DNA of 64,000 bases from Leucoraja erinacea (lineage: Eukaryota). The stretch spans positions 24,056,001 to 24,120,000 of the forward strand of contig NC_073388.1 of NCBI RefSeq assembly GCF_028641065.1. Reading direction: 5' to 3'. Both the position numbers and the translations under genes were made by a program. Positions 36,310-48,864 of this stretch are shown here, in pieces (the first letter of the stretch is position 1; the number at the start of each line of letters is the position of its first letter). The notes beneath the pieces are model-generated. The model did no database searches, was not told the DNA's origin, and saw only the letters and a list, made by a program, of their open reading frames with translations.

Positions 36310-37205
36310 CTAATAATAATAATAATAATAATAATACTACATTTTATTGTCATTGCACATAGGTGCAACGAGATTTGGTATGCAGCTTCCATCCAATGCC
36401 ATAACTTAAACAACTAAAATGTAGATACCCAGAGAAACACTAATTATAAAAAAAGTAAAACCGTAAAACAGTTTAAAGTGCAAATAGGTCTGTGCAGGGT
36501 CGATGAGCAACGTGACCATCCGAGGGAGACAGTTCAGGGGGTGGGGGGCACTCAGCAGGGCCGGTTCAGAGCAGCTATAGCTCTGGGAATGAAGCTGTTC
36601 CCGAGTGGAGGTGCGGGTGTAAAAGGCCTTGTAACGTCTGCCGGAAGGTAGAAGTTCGAACAGACTATTACAAGGATGTGAGGAGTCTTTTGTGAAAGCT
36701 GACAACCTTCCTGAGGCACCGTGTATAGTAGATGCCCTCCAAGGCTGGTAGCCGTGTCCCAATTATCTTCTGCGCTCTGTGGCCAACGCGCTGAAGAGCT
36801 CTCCTCTCCGCCTCCATGCAGCTGAGATATCACACAGAGATGCCATATGTTAGTATGCTCTCTGTGGTGCAGCGGTAGAAGGTTGTCAGTAGCTGTTGGG
36901 GCAGACCAGTCTTTTTCAGTGTTCTCAGGAAGAACAGTCGTTGCTGTGCCTTCTCGACCAGCACAGCGGTGTTGGTGGACCATGTGAGGTCCTCCAAAAT
37001 ATGTGTGCCCAGAAACCTAAAGCTGGACACTCTCTCCACACTGTCACCATTGATAGAGATTGGAGCGTAGTCCCCATTATGTGTCCTTCTGAAGTTAATA
37101 ATCAGCTCCTTGGTCTTAGAGGTGGTTAGGGACAAGTTGTTACCCGAGCACCAGTCCGCCAGGTTCTGCACCTCCGCTCTGTAGTTTGTTTCATCACCGT
37201 TGGTG
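36310..37205 (-). mobile_element. Rex/Babar-type LINE 3' fragment with (TTA)n tail
   Basis: WCSGNNLSL..SKTKELII, FRFLGTHI, KAQQRLFFLR, FELLPSGRRY. Confidence 0.85.
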
Positions 37206-38001
37206 ATGCTATATCTGTATTGGATTGTAAACTGAACTGTTCCATTCTAAATCTCATCTGTGTCAAGAGAATTATATAATCATTGTACTCACCTAGAATC
37301 TGGAATGACAAAACCACAGGTCTGTACTTAAATATATTTACCGATTACAAATACAAAAATTTAAGAATGAGTGGGTGTAAATTGGGCTGAAGGGCCTGTT
37401 TCCACATTATATCACTCTATGACTGAGCAGTTTAGAGCTATTTCATTACATTTTCTTCATATAAACTTTTCTTTTTGTTCTTAAAGCCAAAGATAACCAT
37501 GAAAGAATTCAAAAAAACATTTAATATATTTCCAGATCAAGTGCAATACTATATATTCAGGGTATTTTTTAGATTTTTTTTTTTTTTTTAAATAGTTAAA
37601 CGTAGCATAATTGTAGATCAGCAACAACATCGGGATAACTTTTAAAACTACATGGAAAAAGTCCCTCTCTGTCGAGGAGGCGACCAAAAGCGGTTTCCCC
37701 CTTTTCCCCCGACACAAGACACACCGAGACGCACCAAAACAAAACACTTGGACACACAAAAAAAAACAACACGCTGCTGGCAGGGCAGCCGACTCACAGC
37801 ACCCCCTAACCTAATTGCATTGGGCTACTGAACATTGTACCATGAGAGCACACCCACTAAAAACATTGGACACACAACCATGAGAAAATTGAAACCCAAG
37901 TTCAAAGATGCTAGCTTTTGAGCTACTCAGTGTTGAGATTACCCTAATTTCCAAAAGTGTTCCACTGTAACAAAATGTTAAAAGCTAGCCAGCTAGCTTA
38001 C

Positions 38002-38224
38002 CAAGTCACGCTGATCCTCCTGCACAAGATCCATCTTGTGAACAAGACAAAATATTTTGGCATCAGGCGAGTTTTGAAGAATTGCTTCCAGGCACGACTG
38101 GTAGTAGTGCATATCTTTTTCCAATTCACGACTTTCCACATCAAAGACATAAATAAGAACTTCCACATTACGGAATATGTTGTCCCGTTGACTTGTAAAG
38201 TAGTTTTCCATGAAAGTATCTTGG
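38002..38224 (-). CDS. RRAGA: RagA/B exon 4
   Basis: (G)[31 protein letters not shown]...[13 protein letters not shown]; 223 nt; contains the G4 HKMD motif. Confidence 0.96.
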
Positions 38225-38322
38225 CTGGGATTTAAATAACATGATGATTAGCCCAAAAAACAGACACTGTTACAGCCCAAGAAAAAAAATAGATTAATTC
38301 CTTTATCCACCCTTCCTAAGTA

Positions 38323-39324
38323 CAGGGCCCTGCATAATGTTTGGGACAAAGACCCACCATTTATTTATTTACCTCTGTACTCCACAATTTGATAGAAAAA
38401 AAAAACCATGTGGTTAAAGTACACATTGCCAAATTTTATTAAAGGGTATGTTTATACATTTTGGTTTCACCATGTAGAAATTACAGCAGTGTTTATACCT
38501 AATCCCCCCCCCCCCCCCCCCATTTCAGGGCACCATAATGTTTGGGACACAGCAATGTAATGTAAATGAAAGTTGTCATGTTTAGTATTTTGTTGCATAT
38601 CCTTTGCATGCAATAACCAGTGGTGCAGTGTAGCCTCTGTATTTCTGTTCATAAAGAGTGACCATTGACAAATCCACACCCGACTCCTGAAGTGTTTCTG
38701 ATCTGCCGGACAGGTGTTTGGGGAATTTTCTTTATTATAGAGAGAATCTCTATATGTCATCAGCTGTGGAGGTCTTCCTTGGCCTGCAGTCCCATTGCGA
38801 TTAGTCAGCTCACCAGTGCACTCTTTCTTCTTAATGATGTTCCAAATAGTTGATTTTGCTAAACCTAAGGTTTGGCTGATGTCTCTAACAATTTTATTCT
38901 TGTTTCTCAGTCTCATAATGGCTCCTTTGACTTTCATTGACACGCCTTTGGTCCTCAATTTGATAAATTGCAATAAAGGTTTCCAAAGGTGATGGAAAGA
39001 CTGGAGGAAAAACTAGGTGCCGAGAGCTCTTATACCTGGAGGCAATTAAACACACCTGAGCAATTACAAACGCCTGTGAAGCCATGTGCCCCAAACATTA
39101 TGGTGCCCTGAAATTGGGGGGGGGGGGGGGGGGGGGGCTATGTATAAACACAGCTGTAATTTCTACATGGTGAAACCAAAATGTATAAAAATGGCCTTTA
39201 ATAAAATCTGACTGTGCAATTTAACCATGTGTGATTTTTTTTCTATTACAAATCTCAAATTGTGGAGTACAGAGGCAAACAAATAAATGATGAGTCTTTG
39301 TCCCAAACATCATGGAGGGCACTG
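38323..39324 (-). mobile_element. Internally deleted Tc1 element (second family) in RagA/B intron 3
   Basis: Long TIRs cagggccctgcataatgtttgggacaaagac / gtctttgtcccaaacatcatggagggcactg with TA flanks; HTH remnant RDISQTLGLAKSTIWNIIKK. Confidence 0.88.
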
Positions 39325-39604
39325 TAGCTATGCAGGAAACCCAGTTGAAGGGCCCTCCAAATATCTAGACAGATTACAAGACCTTGTATAATTAGAAGCA
39401 CCTCACAATTATTTTGCCAACACTTTCATGCCAATTGTTATCACTATAATTCCATATCAGTCAAGTGGTACAAAAAAGGGAGAAAGATCATACCTTGCAA
39501 GCACTGGTACATAAAAAGTAATATGCAGGGGCTCCCCTTGGTTACAGATGATGACCTAACTTACTTAAATACAATTTGATAAAAATTATCTCATATATAT
39601 TTAA

Positions 39605-39696
39605 GGTAGACATAAATGCAAGGGAAACTCAGCGGGTGAGGCAGCATCTATGGAGCAAAGGAATAGGTGACATTTCGGGTTGAGACCCTTCTTCAG
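39605..39696 (-). mobile_element. Penelope-derived repeat with 12-bp flanking duplication
   Basis: Ends at gacccttcttcag; atatatatttaa at 39593-604 and 39697-708. Confidence 0.8.
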
Positions 39697-40190
39697 ATAT
39701 ATATTTAAAGTTATTTCCAACATAGTAACAATAAAATATTTTATGATGTTCATTAATGACTGGATACAATATATATTCCATTAGTTTAATTATGGTGGTG
39801 GTAGGGTGAACATTTGATGAAAGTAAAGGACTACAGCGAGTGTATGATGAACAAAATAATAGTTTACTAAACAGATGAATGTTTCTGATTTACAGCAAAA
39901 CCAATTTACAGTAAGCTATCGGGAACAGAACCTTATGTAACCCAGGGTTTGCTTCTACTTTGGCCAGAATGCAATATTACAGAATGTAGTATAATTGGAG
40001 ATTAAAATTAAAAATCAATCCCAAATGAATCGTTAATTGAGTGAGGACTAAACAAAAATAAATGAGCATGGTTTTGCACTTTCACAATAAGAGGAAAATA
40101 AAACACAGAAAAGATAAATCAGATCCCATATTCATCATAAATACCACAACAGGAAGATCAGAAGAAATTATTCTGGAATATGACACCTAC

Positions 40191-40257
40191 CCACCACAGT
40201 CCCATAGATTCAGGACCAGGTTTCCCAGAAATCGGACATGCGAATGTTCCACGTCAA
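40191..40257 (-). CDS. RRAGA: RagA/B exon 3
   Basis: (I)[21 protein letters not shown](G); 67 nt; G3 WDCGG motif. Confidence 0.96.
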
Positions 40258-40504
40258 CTGTGAAGAGAATAAATATGTACTTCAGATTCTACGACGAGGT
40301 ACCAATGTACCAATTATCTAAGATACTCTTAACATGTAGTGCTTCATGGCTTAACCATGCCTGAAAAAGGCATTCCTTACTTTCAAGTACTCAATGGCGT
40401 TTGCACCATGTTTTTACATTACTGTTGTAAAAAATATCAAACCCAGATTATGTCAAATACCACACCAATCTATATTTTCTGGGGTATAACTTATTTTATA
40501 TCTA

Positions 40505-40654
<150 letters not shown>

Positions 40655-41682
40655 CTAGTGAAACAACAGCAATTTAATGGTAAAATTAACGAGCATAACA
40701 TGATACCGAACAGCACACGCATTTGAGTCATATCACCATTGAACAAATCTTGGAGGAAGTAACAAGGTCAGCAGGAGCACAGACTTCAATTCAATGATCA
40801 TGGCCAAGACTGATTCAGTTGCACAACCACTGACCACATTTGCCAACTCTTGGATGCATTGTTCCATTTTAGGACACATGACAAAACTGTCTTGACTCTT
40901 GCGATACCCGACTGGAATGGCAATAGTGACAAAAGCACAAACACAACGGTGAAATCTATTTTTAACATCTGCTCACTGTTTTACATGTTCCAAATAACCT
41001 GCATAGAACAGTTGACATTATTCTGTCATTACACTGAAGACTCTTCCTAGTGCTTCCTTGACCCATCATCAACAGTGACTAACTGCTTTAAATCAGAAAC
41101 ATGGGCTGAGCTGCTTGTCTATTACCAGTTTTCCAAATGTCCAATCATCTACCCCGTGCCTCACCACTGAGAGCGAGGAATCTCCCCAGACATCTGCATG
41201 CACCTCTACCTAGATTATTCATTAAAAATCCCAGAAAAGAACAAATTCTCTGGCAGTCTGGGATTTGAGGTACAGAATAGAGAAACTATACCAGATGGAT
41301 TGGTATATTAATTACATTAACCCAAGAACAAAAGTATTTGTTAATAAAGTGTAACTTGCTATTTTCTTCTGACAGAAAACTCAATTACTTCCCAAAGCAA
41401 AGATGATTACTTTTATACAGGCTCAAAACAAAAATAAATTTGTATCCAAGTAACACTGCTTTAACCTCCCTTCTCTTCTACATCCTAACCAATTACAAAC
41501 CTACAGTCTTCATGGCTGTACTCAACACCCCCCCGCTTGCTGAACTTCCTCATTTATCCCAAACGAATTTATTGTTTTAGGAAATTTAATGTCAATTATA
41601 TATCTATATTATCGTACAAATGGAAAGTGAGCGGACACTGGGAGGGGAGAGGGAGTGAGTTGCCCACTACCTTCATTCTGTT

Positions 41683-42105
41683 GTGTAGGAAGGAACTGTA
41701 GATGCTGGTTTACACCGAAGATAGACACAAAATGCTGGAGTAACTCAGTGGGTCGGGCACCATATCTGGAGAGAAGAAATGAGAAGGAATGAGTGACGTT
41801 TCGGGTCGAGACTCTTCTTCAGACTGTCTACATCCTAGTTCTTAACCAGTAGTGTTTCAGGTTACAATAAGTATCTAGATAGTCGCAAAATACTGGAACA
41901 ACTCAGCGGAACAGACAGCATCTCCCGAGAGAAGGAATGGGCGACGAATGGGTTCGAGACCCTTCTTGAAACTGTCTGAAGGGTCTTGACCCGAAACGTC
42001 GCCCATTCCTTCTCTCCAGAGATGCTGCCTGTCCTGCTGAGTTACTCCAGCTTGTTTGCGCCTATGTTCGGTGTGTTAACCAGCATCTACAGTTCCTTCC
42101 TGCAT
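41683..42105. mobile_element. Cluster of three Penelope-derived repeats (two minus, one plus) forming a fold-back in RagA/B intron 1
   Basis: Arms about 41683-41826(-), 41878-41974(-) and 41975-42105(+); hammerhead motif 41795-41822(-). Confidence 0.8.
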
Positions 42106-42199
42106 ATAATAAAGTGTCTACCTTCATTCTGTTGTCCTGGTAACCCCGCTTTAACCTCCCTTCCCTGCCCTTCCCTTCCCCCAAGCTGCTGGGTCGTAC

Positions 42200-42226
42200 C
42201 TTTTTCTTCATGGCTGTGCTCGGCAT
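42200..42226 (-). CDS. RRAGA: RagA/B exon 1, coding part
   Basis: ATG at 42226, MPSTAMKKK|gtacga. The nine exons sum to 942 nt = 313 aa + stop, the length of RagA. Confidence 0.93.
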
Positions 42227-42530
42227 CCCCCGCCTGCTGAGATTCCCGATGTGTGCCAAGCTTTGCCGGTGCGGCGACCACCTCCTTCACTCACTCACTC
42301 ACTCGCTGCTTGCTGCTGCTGCTGCCGCGGGGCTGCTGGAGCACAACAGGCCGCGGTCACGCGCTTCACTCGCGTCAGTCACATGGCGACCGCTTTACGG
42401 CAGCGCCCATCCCCCCCCCGCCGCCGCCGCCGCTCGCTCGGGATCCCTTTGCGACACCGCTGCAAAGCACTTTACGGTAGCGCCTTCAACGCTGACCAAA
42501 GATGCTCGAAGTTTCGTTAGTGCTGACGAC
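42227..42530 (-). promoter_or_regulatory. CpG-rich 5'UTR/promoter of RagA/B
   Basis: GC/CpG-rich with (GCC)n and (CAG)n runs immediately upstream of the ATG. Confidence 0.65.
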
Positions 42531-42769
42531 CAAAGATCCTATAGCAGAGCAAAAAGAAATGATTTAAAAAACATTGAAAAAGACAACTACTGAGGTGGGA
42601 TTAGAATTGTGCAAATTGGTTCAAGAACCATATGATTTTACAAAAGTTACTGTTCCTGAGCTTACATGATTTGGGGTCGGTGAGCTGCGGGACTTTGTAC
42701 CTCTTCGCCTGAGCATAGCTATTTTTGCCTCCACCACAGTGCCATGGTTTTGATAGTGGTGGATGTTAA

Positions 42770-45700
42770 TTTGATTTTAGATGCTTGTATGTATGACTGC
42801 AGGCCTTTCTTGATGGTCAGACAATAAAGGAAATTCCCCAAGTATGTGGGTCTTGAGGCCTTTGTACTGCCTGATTATAGCTATGTGAAGTAGCCATGGT
42901 TTTGATAGTGGAGTTCCTTGATAGATGCTGCCTTCTTGATGCAGTCCCCCAAGTAGATACTGTTGATGGTTGGGAGGACTTTGCCTGTGATGGACTGGGC
43001 TGAGTCCACCACTCTGCAGACTTTTGTGTTCCTCTGTGTTGGAATTGTTGTACCAAGCCATAATGCAATCAGTCACAGTACTTTCTACTGGGCATCTGTA
43101 AAGGTTTATTAGAATAAACATTGACATTCCGAATCTCTTTAAACGTCTCTGAAAGTTGAGATGCTAGCTCACCTTCTTCATGATTACATCTATGTACTGG
43201 GTCAGGGACAGGTCATCCGAGATGTTATCGTCCAAGAATTTGAAGCAACTATGATGCCCAATGCTGGTTCCCCAGTAAAAACTGCCATTTGGTCTCGCAG
43301 CCCCTTTCTGGAGTCGACAGTTAGTTTCATAGTGCTGTTGACATTGAGCAAGAGTGTTGTTATGGTATCACTCAACCAGCTGTTTTATCCCTCGTGTATG
43401 CTGACTCATCACCACTGTGATTCAGCAAATGGCAGCAGTGCCATCACCAAATTAATCACACCCCAAGGCAAAATCATTGAACTTAAAAATGCAAGGGACT
43501 TTGAGCTGAGTTCTGTTGGGACCCCCTTCAAACAGCCTTCCAGTTCCTAATCACACATTAACTGTTACTGTTTACTTTCTGCCCTACCTGTCCTGGAAAG
43601 ATAGATACAATGTAATCAATTAGTAACATATGCATATCTTTCATCTCCACGCAGGGATTATGGTTTTGGTTTATTTGAGTTCCTATTTTCTGTGTTACTA
43701 TCATGCTATTTCTGTTTTTGTAATACATTTTTGGGCTTTCCTTGATTTTATTTGTCAATATATTTTCAATTCCTCTTTGTTTCCCTAATTTCTTTTATCT
43801 ATTTTTTTTTTAATCTATGGGGCCTTTTAGACCACCTACACTAGTAAGCTTTTAGGTTCTGAATATATTTCCTTTTATTGTCTCCTAAACTGTCTGCTTT
43901 TGACATCTTGGCCTGTGTAGCTTTGGGAACACTATCCTTTTTGTTATGGGAGAATAAAAGCTGCAAGTGCAGGAATTGTCCTGTCGGTTCCTTGACTCTG
44001 CTCTGCCATTCAAAAGATCTCTTTCATATACCTTGAATCATCTGTAGCTTGCTTGAAGTACAGCAGTGGAGAACATTGGTGAGACTGCATCTGGAGACTA
44101 TTTCCCATTTCCTAGTTCCCATAGGAAAGGCTATGGGAGAGTCTATAACCAGAGGGTGTAGGTTTGTGGCAGAGTTGAGATGTTCAAGAATTCATCAGCG
44201 GACCTGAATGAAAATGCCACAGCCGTCACTGAGTTCATAAAGAAATACATGGATGAGTGTGTACCAACAAATGCATTTGGCATTTTCACCAGCCAGAAGC
44301 CCTGGTTGAACCAGGAGATTCGTAATCCACTGAAGGCTAGATTCATGGCGTTTTGGGCTGGCGATCCAGATACAAGATGTCCAGGTATGACCTCAAGAAG
44401 TTAGACAGACAGACACTCGTCAGGTGTGGCAGAGCTTACACACTGCAAGGCAAAACATGGAGGCATAAATGGCAACGATGCATCATCTTCAGATGAGCTC
44501 AACACATTTTTACACACTTTGAAATGGACAACACAGCACTTGTACAAAAACTCCTGACATCCCTGTGGCCTCTGTTTCTAAGGCCGACATCAGAGCATTT
44601 TATAAGAGGGTGAAAACATGCAAAGCATCTGGTCCTGGAGGCATACATGCATGAGTGCTGAAGACGTACGCAGACCAACCAGCTGGATTGTGCAAGGACA
44701 TCTTCAACCTTCCGCAGTTGTAGTCTGAGATTCCAACCTTCACCAAAAGGGCAAGTATCGTACATGCCCAAGTGGAGCATGGCGACCTGCCTCAATGGCT
44801 ACAGTCCAGTAGCATTTACATCCACCGTAATTAAGTGCTTGAAGTAGTTGATTAATGTGTGAAACAACTCAAGCCTCAAATGACCTCAATCTGCTTCAAT
44901 TTGCCAGAACAGGTCAACAGCAGCTGATATCTCACTGCCTGCCTTTCCACTCTGCTCTGGACCATCTGGATAACAGGAACACATATGTCAGGCTGCAGTT
45001 CATTGGCTCTAGCTCGGTTTTCAACACTCATAAATTTGCTGATTACACTTACTTTTGTTGTCCGAATCACGGGCAGTGATATGTCAGGGTATAGGAGTGA
45101 GATTGTAATACAGGAGTTGAGTGGTGCTGCAACAACAAACTTTCAATCAATGTCAACAGAGTCAAGGAACTAATCTTTGACTTTAGAAAGGAATGTCCGG
45201 AGATTACGTGCCAGATTGCATTGGTGGGTCAGTGATGGGAGAGATAGCAGTTTCAAATTCCTGGGTGTTAACATCTCGGATGCCTTGTCCTGGTCGCAGC
45301 ACATAGATGTCATTATGAAGAAGGTGGCTAGTGCCTCTACTTTCTTTGAGATTTAACGAGATTCGGCATATCACTGAATACAATAACAAATGTTTACAGA
45401 TGCCGTGAAGAAAGTATCCTAACTAGAATCATGGCCTGTAATAGCAATTTCAATGCACAGTAACGCAAGAGATTGCAATGTGTGACGGACACAACACCTT
45501 CCATCATGGGCAAAGCCCTCTCCACCCTCTAAAGTATCTACATGAGATGCTGCTTCAAGAAGGTGGTATCCATCATCAAGAATCCTCTATAATTGGGCCA
45601 TGCCCTCTTCTCACTGTCATCAGGCAGGAGTTACAGAAGTTTTAAGTCCCACATCAGCAGGTTCTGGAACAGCTAATTTCATATAACCATCAGGTTCTTA

Positions 45701-45850
45701 TCTGATGTGTACAACCCTCGGCAATGAACGCCACAAATCATCTCTTACCTACCAAGAACTGGGTTCTGTGTTTTTGCACTAATTTCTTGTTTTTGTTTTT
45801 GTTGCATGTATAACGTGTGTGAGTCTTCCTGTCATTGATGCTGCTGTAAG
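42770..45850. mobile_element. Decayed LINE relics between RagA/B and TMLHE (Rex-like minus about 42770-43450; CR1 about 43540-43800; Rex-like plus about 44165-45850)
   Basis: NLYRCPVES; SQKPWLNQEI; HSALDHLDNRNTYVRLQF. Many stops. Confidence 0.7.
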
Positions 45851-46409
45851 CCTACTCCGCCCTCCCCAATTGCCATTACACTGAATTGTCTTCCAGTTTA
45901 TTTTTGCTCAAAACTAGCAACAACAAAAAACGTTTTTCCTCACCTAACAATATTTATTTGTGAGCTATCTTCAACCACCTCCAAAATGATGTCAGACTTA
46001 ATCACCAAAATGCCCCCCGCCTCCCCTAGTAACAATCCATCTCCATTCCCTGCAACTCAGTTTATTCAGTGCCATCTGCTCTTTTGTTGAACTTGCAGCA
46101 TAATTATTTTTTAAGTCTTCCTGGATGCATTTGAAGAACTCTGTGGCATCTGTAACTTTGGCACCAATTCTATCCCAATTAATTTCAAGTTGTTGAAATG
46201 AACCATTATTGTTTTCTTTATTTGGAACATCTCTGAAAGTTACCCACATATTTACAATCAGGCAGGTCTACAGTGTTACCCCTTATAATATGCATGGATT
46301 TTTTTTAATTGTTTTACAGTTCAATTTAATGGTTTGTACATTCTAATTCATGTTGTGATGTTTCTTTCCCATCTTTATTTACCTGTTGCCCTTTTCTCCT
46401 CTGTGTGGA

Positions 46410-46660
46410 GTTTGTACATTCTACTGGTGTCCTTGTGGGTTTCCTCTAGAGGCTTTGCATTCTTCCCACATCCCATAGGCCGGTAGGTTAATTTTCCATT
46501 GTAAATTACACCTAATTTGTATGACTATGGGTGGAATCTGAGGGAGTAGATGAGAATGTGGTGAAATAAAAAAAAGGATTAATTCGATGAGTGATTGATC
46601 TTTGGCAAGGATTTGGTGGGCTGAGGAACCAGTTTCTCTACTGCGTCTCTGTATGACTGT
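46410..46660 (+). mobile_element. HE1-like SINE fragment
   Basis: ctgtgtggagtttgtacattct...gtgggtttcctc...tcccacatccc V-SINE core. Confidence 0.55.
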
Positions 46661-47379
46661 CTTGATTTTTAATATTTGTTATTATTAAGTATTGCCAAGT
46701 TTCCTCGTTGCCTGCAAAAATCTGGTATTCATTCCCTAACTTTTGTTGGCAACTTTTCATCTGACTCGCTCTGCTTTCTTCTCCCTACTGAGCCAGTTTA
46801 ATCCTTGCACCAAAGCACACAAACATTATCTGAAAATATTACTTCCAATGGTATTATGGGCCATCCGGCTAATACTCCCCCAGGTCTTTCCAAAACAGTC
46901 CTAGGAAACTTAAAGGTTTCCCTCGTTACCATCTCTTTAGTCACAAAAATGTAGAGACCATATCATTAACAACAAATATAACAGACCAGGAAGTGAAAAT
47001 AAATTGCTGCTTGCCAGAAATAGATGATTTGGGACCTGGCGGTGAGATTATTTTTCATAAAACAGAAAATGTTTGAAACACTCTGTATGTCAGCAGCATC
47101 TGCGAGGGAGTAACAAAGGTAATGAATGTCTCAGGTAGAAGACCATTGGAAAGATTTTGTCAGAATTCTAGCATCTGCAGTTTTTGATTTCCATTGACAG
47201 TGTTTTTTTTATTCATTATTTTTATTTGATTCATTACTTATAGTTCGCACTTTTACAATTGCACGGAGTGGAGAATCGTATTCTAATTCCTGTGATCGAA
47301 TTACGGCAAACTGGCATATGAACTCCCCAGCCAAAATAAATACCGCTGCAAGGGAATCTTTCTGCCACATGGACAGACT

Positions 47380-47900
47380 CTATGGAGTGATCGTGTTTGA
47401 CTGACAGAAGGGCAGGGCAAGCATGTGCACTAACCGCGGCGATGGCTGTATATAATGGTGGGGGAAGGTTGCTGCTCGTCCTGTTTATGTCAGTTGCTGC
47501 GGAGTGTTGAGCGCAGGGGGAATATTGCTGACGGTAAGCGTGCGCAATGGAGATGACTGTATTACAATTGTTCAAAGATAGTTTTTCTTAATATAAAATG
47601 TCGACGGTCGCGGTACATAGGAACGCGCGATGAGCTGCGGGAGGATCAGGCTGCCGCTGCAGACACAGTCCCCACTCCCCGGTATAGGTCTCTACATTGT
47701 AGTTGTGCTTCTCTCCATTAGCAGAGCGCTATCAGACAGTCCCGGGACGGACGGGAGACCCAAGTTAGAGTTTTGTTTTTCCTGTAGTTCCGAGTTAAAG
47801 GCGCTGTTTGAGAAAGGAGTAAATATCACCGCGTTGGGAATACAATTTGGTCCGCGGGAAAATCAATCCCCAAATCGACTTTGCAGCTGTCTTCGTACGT
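47380..47900 (+). promoter_or_regulatory. CpG-rich putative TMLHE promoter and non-coding exon 1 (donor after 47533)
   Basis: CpG enrichment and gacg|gtaagc donor. The first coding exon begins with an acceptor, so an upstream exon is required. Confidence 0.5.
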
Positions 47901-48207
47901 AAGGCCAATATGAAAACATAATTGTACTCATGGCAACACAGCCCTATGGTATTATTAATGTACAGAATAAGGTTTCATTTTTTAATTACAATTTCAAAAA
48001 TACAATGCATTTCGAAACACTAAAAAGTGGACGTTGCCGCGTTTAAATTGTTCAAAACTTGTGCTGCAAGTGCAGAAAATCTGTCGTGTCTGCTCGACTG
48101 CTGAAATTTGTCAATCAAAACAAAATTCCGTCATTTAAATTGTGTTGAAATTAAGCTATGATAGACCAAGTGGCACAGATACGTGGGAATCGTGTGTTTA
48201 GTTATTC

Positions 48208-48433
48208 TCTGAAGAAGGGTTTCGACCCGAAACGTCGCCCATTCCTTCCCTCCAGAGATGCTGCCTATCCCGCTTTTTGTTTCTATTCTTATTTGCAAAC
48301 CTGTTGTACCTGTGTTCCTTAACAGCAAGTGACTTATTATGAAGATAGACACAAAAAGCTGGAGTAACTCAGCGGGGCAGGCAGCATCTCTGGAGAGAAG
48401 GAATGGGTGACGTTTCGGGTCGAGACCCCTCAA
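48208..48433. mobile_element. Two convergent Penelope-derived repeats
   Basis: 48208-48275(+) and 48342-48433(-); the second is flanked by acttattatg (48332-41, 48434-43). Confidence 0.8.
48209..48236 (+). ncRNA. Minimal hammerhead ribozyme motif with UUCG-capped helix II
   Basis: CUGAAGA-A-GGGU-UUCG-ACCC-GAAA-CG-UC. Confidence 0.6.
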
Positions 48434-48864
48434 ACTTATTATGTCAGGTCTTCTTTGTTATCTGTACTTTTAATGGGCTGCAGATTACTGAATGTGCTGG
48501 CACATTGAAGAAACGTTTCAACAATGACTTTTTTTGTGCCTTTCCTACCTGGTTCTATATATTAACGAGCTGAGCAAAGTCTTATTGCATCTATTTTGGG
48601 TTGTTCATTTGGTAGAGGAGCCAAATTAGTTGGAATGCCTGCCTAATATGAATAAAATACACTCTTCACAAGTTGAGGGACATTTTGTTGCTGAGGATTT
48701 TGTAATACAGTGCACTCCTCCGAGAACTAGAAAATTTAAAGCTTCCTATCTTTTACCATTGTTCTCCAAGCTTGATAATTTAACCTAGTTGGAATAAAAG
48801 TTTCCAGAAATTAATTTGACTCTGGGAGTGCTGGTGATGGACTCCTAAAAAGTTAATTTGCAAG

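Noticed and set aside
42210-42593. Plus-strand ORFs over the RagA/B promoter
   Set aside because: Chance frames in a CpG island with triplet runs.
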